The notes under the pieces are model-generated. The model saw nothing but the letters and a program-made list of their open reading frames with translations. It had not been told where the DNA came from and searched no databases. The position numbers were made by a program, and so were the translations under genes. From Archangiaceae bacterium (GTDB lineage: Bacteria; Myxococcota; Myxococcia; Myxococcales; Myxococcaceae): DNA of 15,654 nucleotides. The stretch is taken from contig JAYVCD010000230.1 of the NCBI GenBank assembly GCA_043750125.1, positions 1-15,654 on the forward strand, read 5' to 3'. Positions 7,219 through 14,272 of the stretch are shown one piece after another; position 1 is the stretch's first letter; every line of letters starts with the position of its first letter.

Positions 7219-8064
7219 GTGAACCAGCCGGGAGAGGCAGTGCTGACGGCTGCGATCGACGACGCGCGGCGCTCTTTTGGCCCGCGCCTTCTGGCGGGGT
7301 ACGCGCTGGGCAGCCTGGCTCACGGGGGCTTCAGCGCCGAGCTGAGCGACGTGGACCTGGGCCTGGTGCTCGCTGATCCTCTCAGCGATTCTGACGGGCT
7401 TGCAGTCGCTGATCTGGTTGCCCGCTTCAAGGCCACCGGAGATCCCCTCGCGGGTCGCCTTTCGGTCTTCTGGGGTTCGAAAGCCTCGCTGACCGGAAAA
7501 TCGACGCTGGGCAGGTTCCCCCCGGTCGATCGCCTCGACCTGCTCCAGTACGGGCGGCTGCTCGAGGGCAAGGACCTGCGCGAAGGCCTGCCTGTTCCCA
7601 CCCAACGCGAGCTGGTGGTGGCCGCGGCCTGGCTCGGCCTCGAGGTGCTCGACCGACCCGATGTCCGCGCCGAGCTCATCAGCCCCGAAGTCCTCTACGC
7701 CCATGGCCCCAGGCCGCTGACCAAGCGGGTCCTCTTTCCAGTTCGCTTCCTCTACACCGCCCGCACCGGGAAGATTGGACCCACCGACGCGGCGGTCGAA
7801 CACTACCTGTCCTCGGCAAAGCCGGCCCAGAGCCTCGTCGCTGCCGCGCTCAGATGGCGGGAAACCACTCCTTCCCGGGACGAAGCGATCTCGCTCTTGA
7901 GCCAGGGCTTGAAGCCGCTGTACCTCGAGTTCATCGACGATTATCTGGCCCGCGTCCGCGCGTACGGCGAGGTGCAGCTGGCTTCCTTGCTCGAAGGGTG
8001 GCGGGCGCGCATCGCCGCCGAGCTGCCCGGAGATGCGGGCGTACCTGCCGTGGGTGTCCGGTGA
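7219..8064 (+). CDS. Pol-beta superfamily nucleotidyltransferase domain protein (aminoglycoside adenylyltransferase-like architecture)
   Basis: N-terminal 'LAGYALGSLAHGGFSAELSDVDLGLV' matches the hG[S]x9-13DhD NTase motif and is followed by a helical C-terminal domain. GTG start is 3 nt after the previous stop. Confidence 0.8.
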   Translation: MNQPGEAVLTAAIDDARRSFGPRLLAGYALGSLAHGGFSAELSDVDLGLVLADPLSDSDGLAVADLVARFKATGDPLAGRLSVFWGSKASLTGKSTLGRFPPVDRLDLLQYGRLLEGKDLREGLPVPTQRELVVAAAWLGLEVLDRPDVRAELISPEVLYAHGPRPLTKRVLFPVRFLYTARTGKIGPTDAAVEHYLSSAKPAQSLVAAALRWRETTPSRDEAISLLSQGLKPLYLEFIDDYLARVRAYGEVQLASLLEGWRARIAAELPGDAGVPAVGVR

Positions 8065-8801
8065 GCGCGCCCGAAGCCAAGGACCCCAAAAGCGTCTCGC
8101 TGTTCGCCACCTGTCTGGTCGACGCGCTCTACCCCCGGGTGGGCGCAGCGGTCGTTCAGACCCTCGAGCGCGCGGGCTGTGAGGTCGACCTCCCCGAGGG
8201 CCAGACCTGCTGCGGGTTGCCTTTCTACAACAACGGGTACGTCGCCGAGGCCACGCGACTGGCCCAGAACACCATCGCCGCGCTCGAAGGACAGCAGCCG
8301 GTGGTCGTTCCGTCCGGCTCTTGCGCGTGGATGATGCGGTCGATCTACCCCCGCCTGCTGCCCGCAGGGGAAGCGTTCTCCAAGCGGGTCGTCGAGTACT
8401 CCGAGCTGCTCTCGAAGCTCCCGGGCTGGACCGCGCGCACCCCGCCCGCGGCTGGAAAAGTGACCTACCACCCGTCTTGCCACCTGCTCCGGGGGCTGCA
8501 CGTCGAGAAAGAGCCGAAGAGCGTGCTCGGAAGAATCGAAGGCCTTTCGTTGTGCCCGATGGATCGTGAAAAGGACTGTTGTGGCTTTGGAGGCTCCTTC
8601 TCCGTCCGCTACCCCGAGGTGTCGACCAGCATGCTCGAGGACAAGCTCGCCAGTGCCCAACGGACAGGGGCCGAAACCATCGTCGTGACCGACGTAGGGT
8701 GCCTGATGCAGCTCGAGGGAGGCCAGCGGCGACGTGAAGCAGGCCCCCGCGTCATTCACCTCGCCGAGCTGCTCGAGGAAAGCGCCCCCAAAGACCGATG
8801 A
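8061..8801 (+). CDS. lutA: Lactate utilization protein A (LutA/LldE/YkgE), Fe-S CCG-domain protein
   Basis: 'VSLFATCLVDALYP', 'QTCCGLP..NNG', 'PSGSC', 'YHPSCH', 'CCGFGGSFSV', 'DVGCLMQL', 'IHLAELL'. GTG at 8061 overlaps the upstream TGA (GTGA). Confidence 0.93.
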   Translation: MSAPEAKDPKSVSLFATCLVDALYPRVGAAVVQTLERAGCEVDLPEGQTCCGLPFYNNGYVAEATRLAQNTIAALEGQQPVVVPSGSCAWMMRSIYPRLLPAGEAFSKRVVEYSELLSKLPGWTARTPPAAGKVTYHPSCHLLRGLHVEKEPKSVLGRIEGLSLCPMDREKDCCGFGGSFSVRYPEVSTSMLEDKLASAQRTGAETIVVTDVGCLMQLEGGQRRREAGPRVIHLAELLEESAPKDR

Positions 8802-10207
8802 AAAGCCGGCCCCACGAAGGAGTCTACGCCCGGGCCCGAGAGGCCGTAGGCGACCCCCAGCTGCGCGACGCGGTCTGGACCAGCACCCAGCGGTTCCTCA
8901 ATGGTCGAAACCGCGCTTTCGAGCAGCTGCCGCAGCAAGGCTCGCCGATGCGGGACCTCGGCCGCGAAATCCGCATTCGCACGCTGAAGAATCTCGACGT
9001 CCACCTCGAGCGTTTCGTGGCCTCGTGCAAGCGAAACGGAACGCAGGTGCACTTCGCCCGGGACGCGGCCGAAGCGGCCCGTACGATCTGCGACCTGGCT
9101 GCCGGCAAAGGCCTGGTCATCAAGTCCAAGTCGATGGCGACCGAAGAGATTCACCTCAACGAGGCGCTTCAGAAACGGGGCATCGAGGTCGTCGAGACAG
9201 ATCTGGGCGAGTGGGTCATTCAGCTCGCGGGCGAGACTCCGGCGCACATCATCGCTCCGGCGCTGCACAAGACCCGCGAGCAGTTCGCCGAGCTGATCGG
9301 CCGGGAAGTCGGTCGCACCGTCTCGACCGAACCTGAAAACCTGGTCGCCGAGGCCCGGGCCCGGCTGCGGCGCGACTTCGTGGCCGGGGCGGTCGGCATC
9401 TCGGGGGTGAACTTCGGAGTCGCCGAAACCGGGACGCTGGTGTTGGTGACCAACGAAGGCAATGGCCGGCTGGTCACCTCGGGCCCCAAACTTCACATCG
9501 CCCTGATGGGAATAGAAAAGCTGGTCCCCACCCTGGACGAGGCGTTTGCGCTGCTGCGAATTCTGCCGCGCAGCGCCGCGGGTCAGAAGCTCACGTCCAA
9601 CACCACGTTCATTTCGGGGCCCCGGCGCGCGGACGAGGTCGACGGGCCGGACGAGGTGCACGTGGTGCTGCTCGACAACGGGCGCATCGATTACCTTTCG
9701 ACCGACCGGTGGGAATCGCTGCTCTGCATTCGCTGCGGCGCGTGTCTCAATGTCTGCCCGGTCTACAAGCGCATCGGCGGCCACGCCTACGGCTCGACCT
9801 ACCAGGGGCCGATTGGATTGTTGGCGACTCCCATGGTTCGGCCGGAAGACCCCGAAGCGATCACCGACCTGCCTCACGCCTCTTCGTTGTGCGGCGCCTG
9901 CCATGAGATTTGCCCGGTCAAAATCGACATTCCCCGCATGATCCTTTCTGTCCGCGCGGAAGCCGTGAGCCGGGGGTGGACGGGCACCAAAGAGCGGGCG
10001 GTGTTTGCGCTGGCCGCCGCGGTTCTTTCCCGGCCGCGGCTCTATCGGGTGCTGGTGCGGGTCGCCGGGCTGTTCAGTCGGCTGCTCGGAGCCACCCACT
10101 TCAAGGCCCTGCCTTCTTTCTTGTCAGGTTGGACCTCGACGCGAGATCTACCGGTGGTCGCCCCTGAGTCTTTTCGAAGTTGGTGGCAATCGAGGAAGGG
10201 ACCTTAA
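8798..10207 (+). CDS. lutB: Lactate utilization protein B (LutB/LldF/YkgF), LUD domain + 4Fe-4S
   Basis: 'KSKSMATEEIHLN', 'ETDLGEWVIQL...PAHIIAPALH', 'TNEGNGRL', 'CIRCGACLNVCPVY', 'SSLCGACHEICPVKIDIP'. ATGA overlap with lutA. Confidence 0.96.
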   Translation: MKSRPHEGVYARAREAVGDPQLRDAVWTSTQRFLNGRNRAFEQLPQQGSPMRDLGREIRIRTLKNLDVHLERFVASCKRNGTQVHFARDAAEAARTICDLAAGKGLVIKSKSMATEEIHLNEALQKRGIEVVETDLGEWVIQLAGETPAHIIAPALHKTREQFAELIGREVGRTVSTEPENLVAEARARLRRDFVAGAVGISGVNFGVAETGTLVLVTNEGNGRLVTSGPKLHIALMGIEKLVPTLDEAFALLRILPRSAAGQKLTSNTTFISGPRRADEVDGPDEVHVVLLDNGRIDYLSTDRWESLLCIRCGACLNVCPVYKRIGGHAYGSTYQGPIGLLATPMVRPEDPEAITDLPHASSLCGACHEICPVKIDIPRMILSVRAEAVSRGWTGTKERAVFALAAAVLSRPRLYRVLVRVAGLFSRLLGATHFKALPSFLSGWTSTRDLPVVAPESFRSWWQSRKGP

Positions 10208-10208
10208 G

Positions 10209-10889
10209 GTGGCAGAGCCGGCAGAGGCCTTCTTCGCCCGGCTGCGTGCCTCGCTTGCGCGCTCGGGCGATTGGCGACAGCCCGAAGATCCCGACGCGGC
10301 CCGTAGCCCCGAGCCCTTCGTGCTGCCCGTCGACTCCGAAGGGGCCGTCGAAAATTTCGTTCGAGAATTCACTGCCGTCAGCGGTGAGGTGCACCGGGTG
10401 ACCGCGGCGGGGCTGACCGCGAAGATCGTCGAGCTCGCGGTGGCCCGGTCGGCGAAGTCGTACGCCAGCTGGGCCACCCCGCTGCTCAGTGACCCGGCCC
10501 TTCATCAGGCGCTGGCGGGCGCAGGGGTGACCCGGCTTCCGCTGGGCACCGATGCGGCGCGAGAAGGGTTACGGAACCTGGAAATCGGGCTGTCGGAACC
10601 CGACTGTGGTGTGGCCGAGACCGGAAGCCTGGTGTTGATTCCCGGGCCGGGGCGATCGCGCCTGGCGACGGCGATGGCGCGCTATCACTTCGCGGTTCTG
10701 CCCGTAGCCCGGGTGGTGACCAGCCTGACTGAGGTTCCAGCCCGGCTGCGCGCGGCCAAAGATGGCAACGGCCAGATGCGCAGCGACGCGGTGCTGGTCA
10801 CTGGCCCCAGCCGCACCGGCGACATCGAAGGTCAGATCGTCCTCGGGGCCCACGGGGCGCTCGAGCTGCACCTGTTGCTCGTCGGGTAG
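10209..10889 (+). CDS. lutC: Lactate utilization protein C (LutC/LldG/YkgG), LUD domain
   Basis: 'GVAETGSLVL', 'R..TAMARYHFAVL', 'VTGPSRTGDIEGQIVLGAHG'. GTG start at 10209 follows AGGAAGG and the lutB stop. Confidence 0.92.
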   Translation: MAEPAEAFFARLRASLARSGDWRQPEDPDAARSPEPFVLPVDSEGAVENFVREFTAVSGEVHRVTAAGLTAKIVELAVARSAKSYASWATPLLSDPALHQALAGAGVTRLPLGTDAAREGLRNLEIGLSEPDCGVAETGSLVLIPGPGRSRLATAMARYHFAVLPVARVVTSLTEVPARLRAAKDGNGQMRSDAVLVTGPSRTGDIEGQIVLGAHGALELHLLLVG

Positions 10890-10891
10890 CG

Positions 10892-12052
10892 CTACCGCTC
10901 GATTCCCCAAACCTCGGCCGCGTTTTTCCACATCAGCCGTTCCCGGTCGTCTCGCGAGACGTCCAACCCGGTCACCAGCCCGCTGAAGACGCGGTGGGAA
11001 TTCGGCCAATCATTGCCATGGTGGGGAAAGTCGCTGCTCCAGGCCATGTTGCGAATTCCGACTTCGTGGCGCAGCTTGACCCCGATCTTGTCTCTCATGA
11101 ACGTCAGCATCCAGTGGTCGCGGAAGTAGTCGCTCGGCCACCGCTTGAGCTTCATCTCGGTCCACTTGCGGTTTCGCTCGAACCGGTCGTCCATCAGATC
11201 CAGAACGTGCGGGACCCAACCCACGCCGACCTCGGCCCCGACGAACTTCAGCTTCGGAAATCGGTCGTGCACGCCTGAGAAAATGACCTGCAGCATCGGG
11301 TCGGGAAAAGAGGTGAAGAAACAGATGCCATGCCAGGCGAGCGCGGCCATCTGCTGCGAGCCGTCGTTCTTGGCCGGATCTTTGTCTTTCTTCGGGACTT
11401 CGGTGAGCGCCGCGCTTTGACCTGCCTTCAGGCCGACGTGGATGCAAATCACCATCCCCATCTCTTCGGCCACGGCCCAGAACTTGTCGTCTTCCACCGA
11501 AATTCGGTCTTCCCCGCTGGGCCAGGTCTTGAGCACCATGCCCCGGCACCCTTTCTCTTTCACCCGGTGGAGCTCGGCGATCGCGTCGGTGATGCCGGTG
11601 TCGGGAATCTGGGCCACGCCGATCAAGCGCTTGGGGTCCGCCTTACAAAAGCCATCCAACAAGAAGTCGTTGTACGCCTGCACTCCCGCCAGCGCGGCAT
11701 CCCGGCTGCGATTGCGCATGTTCATCCAATAGAGCAGCGCTCGCATCGGCGTGAACTGAACGGCTGCCGAGATCCCGTCTTGATCCATCGCGAGCAATCG
11801 CGCCGCGCCGTCATAGACCGCCGGAGGAATCGTCTCGCCGTACCGAAGCCCGGTATGACGAACGCTTTCTCCCATGTGGCTGACGATCCCCATGCTCCCG
11901 TAACGGCCGGGCTCGTAGGCCCAGGCATCGCCTCCGTCGGCGTCACGAACCAGCTTGGGGGCCAATTCCAGATACTTCTTGGGAAGCCATCGTTCCCAGA
12001 GATCTTTGGGTTCAGCGGTGTGTTGATCTGCATCGATGAGGAATTCGCTCAT
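10892..12052 (-). CDS. Amidohydrolase family protein (Amidohydro_2, metal-dependent TIM barrel)
   Basis: 'IDADQH', 'RLLAMDQDGI', 'AYNDFL', 'ICIHVG', 'FPKLKFVGAEVGVGWVP', 'WSSDFPH', 'NAAEVWG'. SD GAGAGG upstream. Confidence 0.93.
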   Translation of the reverse strand: MSEFLIDADQHTAEPKDLWERWLPKKYLELAPKLVRDADGGDAWAYEPGRYGSMGIVSHMGESVRHTGLRYGETIPPAVYDGAARLLAMDQDGISAAVQFTPMRALLYWMNMRNRSRDAALAGVQAYNDFLLDGFCKADPKRLIGVAQIPDTGITDAIAELHRVKEKGCRGMVLKTWPSGEDRISVEDDKFWAVAEEMGMVICIHVGLKAGQSAALTEVPKKDKDPAKNDGSQQMAALAWHGICFFTSFPDPMLQVIFSGVHDRFPKLKFVGAEVGVGWVPHVLDLMDDRFERNRKWTEMKLKRWPSDYFRDHWMLTFMRDKIGVKLRHEVGIRNMAWSSDFPHHGNDWPNSHRVFSGLVTGLDVSRDDRERLMWKNAAEVWGIER

Positions 12053-12091
12053 GTGCTGTAAAACCTCTCATTGTTCCTGCGGCGGGCAAAA

Positions 12092-12120
12092 ATCGTACAG
12101 CACGTCAAAGTCAGTTCCAA
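12092..12120 (-). promoter_or_regulatory. Putative sigma70-type promoter for the amidohydrolase (TTGGAA-N17-TACGAT)
   Basis: On the minus strand: -35 TTGGAA (12120-12115), an exact 17-nt spacer, and -10 TACGAT (12097-12092). Each is a 4/6 match, in a relatively AT-rich 85-bp gap. Confidence 0.45.
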
Positions 12121-12137
12121 CGAGGTCGTTCCACCGT

Positions 12138-12845
12138 TCAATGCAGCAGGTAGCTGATCAGATCTGAAGCGTCCGCGTCAGACAGCCGGTCGGTACTGAA
12201 GGGGGGCATCGTACCTCCGTGCCCGAAGAAGCGGCCATGTCGGATCGCGCGCAGAGCCCCCATGTGCCTGCTTCCGCCGGGCAGGTGGTCCGCCGCGTCA
12301 GTCAGGGCCTCGGGCATCGCCGGCACGACGGCAGCCAGGCGATGGTCCCCGGTGTTCTTCTCCCCGTGGCAGTGATCGCACGCCGCCAGGTAGATCTCTG
12401 CCCCCCGCATCACGTCACCGTTGGGCAACGGAAGCGGCGAGGCGACGATGGTATTCGGCAAAACGTCGGACGCGTTGCCAGGTGACGGGGAAGTCGACGC
12501 CAGGAATTCAAAAAGCGCGCGGGCCGTGGGGTCTTCGCGCTGCAGCGGCTGGCCTTGCATGAAGGAAGTCACGCACAGATTGACCGCCGCCAGCAACTGG
12601 GCCTCGGTGCCTCCCCAATAGGCCTTGCGAAGCGCGGTGCCCGCAAGCGGCGCCCCCGGAAAAATGCGTCTTCCGTCTTCCACGCCCGGGTTGTGGCAGG
12701 TCGCGCAGCTGAAGACGTTCTGACTCGAGGAAGAGAGCGCGGGGGAAGCGAACAGTTCGGCCCCCAGCTCACGCGCCGGTGTCGTCCGTTGCTCGGGGAC
12801 CACACAGCCGGCCAGACACAGGGCGAAGGCGAGGGCTCGAGTCAT
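12138..12845 (-). CDS. Di-heme c-type cytochrome lipoprotein, TsdA/SoxA-like fold
   Basis: Lipobox 'LAGC' (C14). Two CxxCH motifs: CATCH (47-51) and CDHCH (156-160). Extra Cys in 'AVNLCVTSFMQG' and C-terminal 'MPPF...LSDADASDLISYL'. ATGA overlap with the upstream gene. Confidence 0.9.
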   Translation of the reverse strand: MTRALAFALCLAGCVVPEQRTTPARELGAELFASPALSSSSQNVFSCATCHNPGVEDGRRIFPGAPLAGTALRKAYWGGTEAQLLAAVNLCVTSFMQGQPLQREDPTARALFEFLASTSPSPGNASDVLPNTIVASPLPLPNGDVMRGAEIYLAACDHCHGEKNTGDHRLAAVVPAMPEALTDAADHLPGGSRHMGALRAIRHGRFFGHGGTMPPFSTDRLSDADASDLISYLLH

Positions 12846-14113
12846 TGAAGGGGCGGCGGAGGAAAGAGGAGCAGCGTCGACCCCGACAGGCCCGCCGGCA
12901 TCAGGGCCGAGGCGCGCACGGCCCCGGACGCGAGGTTCACTCGAAGCAGGCGCGCGGGATCGCTGTCCCGGCCTGCGCAGACGACCACCGCGTCTTCAGA
13001 GCCAGGCGCATTTGCGAAGGCTGCCGTCGCCTGGCCACAGCTCGAAGGCAGGGCCCAGTCGATCAAGCTGCTCCCGGCAGAGCCGACCACCACGAGATGT
13101 TCGTCATGATTCAACGCCGTTCGGGCGAAGAACGACCGGGTTCCCTGGGTGCTGCCGAACCCCACCGGTCCCACGGTGTCGATCGTCCGGGACGAATCGA
13201 CCGCGCCGGACACCAGGTCGAACGCCCGAAGCTCGTGGCTGGACTGGCACGAAATCCAGACCGTGCGACCATCGGGGTCGAGGGTGACCGCCGCAGGTCC
13301 GTACGCGGGGGGTGCGAGCGGGTTGACTCCGGGCGTGGTCGTCGGCCGCGTCATCCGCGCGTTGGGGCCGATCGGGATCCGGGTGACCTTGAAGCCCTCG
13401 CCTTCGGGTTCCACCTTCGCCAGGCTGTCTTCGCCCCAACAGGCGACCAGCAGCTGCGATTTTCCGGACGAAAAAGCGGCACCGAGCGGCGCGATGCACG
13501 TCGGCACCACCTGCTTGACGACGAAGGCGGCGGCATCGATCACCGTGACCGGGCTTCGCCATTGGTCCGGGGACACCCGTTCGAGGATCCGCCGCAGGTC
13601 GTAGTGGGTCACGAACAGCAGCGTCCCATCGGGCGAGGCGACGACGTCAGCGGGGTTGGGACCCACGTCGAGGCGGGCGACCACCACTCCATCCGAAGCG
13701 CGCACCTTCACGATCTGCCCGGGCGCCGTCGAATAGCCCTGCGCTGCGCTCACGTCGCCATGTTCGGCATGACCCGACGGCTCGAGGCCCGCACCGGTCA
13801 GAGCCACGAACCAATACCGGCCGTCGGCGCTGGCCACGAGGCGCGACGCTCCGTCTTTTTCGATGGGGTTCCCGCCGACCGGAACTTTCGCCGTGACCGC
13901 GAGCGACACGGGGTCATAGAGCCAAAGCGAATCGTCGTCGCCCAGCACCGCCAACGTCGCGCCGGGCAGCGGGTCAATCACCCTTCGCTCGGGCCAGGGC
14001 TGGGAGAACTCGTAGACGACCGCGACGAGATCTGACGGACGCGGCTGACAGGCCAGGCCGACAGCGAGCAACGCGGCCAAGGGAAGAACGACCTTGGAAG
14101 CACTCCTCAGCAC
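12842..14113 (-). CDS. YncE/YVTN-family beta-propeller lipoprotein
   Basis: Signal peptide ending 'LAVGLA-C'. Blade motifs 'VPVGGNP', 'ASADGRYWFVAL', 'LDVGPNPADVVASPDGTLLFVTH', 'LDPDGRTVWISC'. Confidence 0.88.
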   Translation of the reverse strand: MLRSASKVVLPLAALLAVGLACQPRPSDLVAVVYEFSQPWPERRVIDPLPGATLAVLGDDDSLWLYDPVSLAVTAKVPVGGNPIEKDGASRLVASADGRYWFVALTGAGLEPSGHAEHGDVSAAQGYSTAPGQIVKVRASDGVVVARLDVGPNPADVVASPDGTLLFVTHYDLRRILERVSPDQWRSPVTVIDAAAFVVKQVVPTCIAPLGAAFSSGKSQLLVACWGEDSLAKVEPEGEGFKVTRIPIGPNARMTRPTTTPGVNPLAPPAYGPAAVTLDPDGRTVWISCQSSHELRAFDLVSGAVDSSRTIDTVGPVGFGSTQGTRSFFARTALNHDEHLVVVGSAGSSLIDWALPSSCGQATAAFANAPGSEDAVVVCAGRDSDPARLLRVNLASGAVRASALMPAGLSGSTLLLFPPPPLQ

Positions 14114-14119
14114 CTCGCG

Positions 14120-14125
14120 AACATA
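14120..14125 (-). promoter_or_regulatory. Putative -10 element (TATGTT) 6 nt upstream of the GTG start of the YncE gene (leaderless-type)
   Basis: The minus strand reads ccgcg-TATGTT-cgcgag-GTG(14113). No properly spaced SD. Confidence 0.45.
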
Positions 14126-14170
14126 CGCGGCTCGAAGTCACTTCGCTACGAAAGCGAAAGCCCGCACCTG

Positions 14171-14216
14171 CCATCGCACTTAGACAGACACTCCATCACA
14201 CTTAGACAGACACTCC
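14171..14216. repeat. 22-bp direct tandem repeat x2 (CCATC[G/A]CACTTAGACAGACACT), candidate operator
   Basis: 14171-14192 and 14193-14214 are identical at 21/22 positions and are followed by CC. Intergenic between divergent genes. Confidence 0.92.
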
Positions 14217-14257
14217 GATCTGCGACGCGAGGAAATTGCGATCGCTGAATGCGGCTC

Positions 14258-14266
14258 TGTTAAACT
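14258..14266 (+). promoter_or_regulatory. Putative extended -10 element (TGT-TAAACT) 6 nt upstream of the aminotransferase GTG (leaderless-type)
   Basis: TG-n-TAAACT at 14258-14266, then ttcgcg, then GTG at 14273. No SD in between. Confidence 0.5.
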
Positions 14267-14272
14267 TTCGCG

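Noticed and set aside
8756-10099. 447-aa minus-strand ORF (likewise 6847-7803, 7941-8759, 12779-14035 and 14236-15090)
   Set aside because: Shadow or alternate-frame ORFs over well-supported genes, with no motifs of their own.
12138-12845. Calling the cytochrome tsdA, or a MauG/cytochrome c peroxidase
   Set aside because: The TsdA substrate arginines are not evident, no sox/tsdB genes are nearby, and the protein is too short and lacks peroxidase-family motifs.
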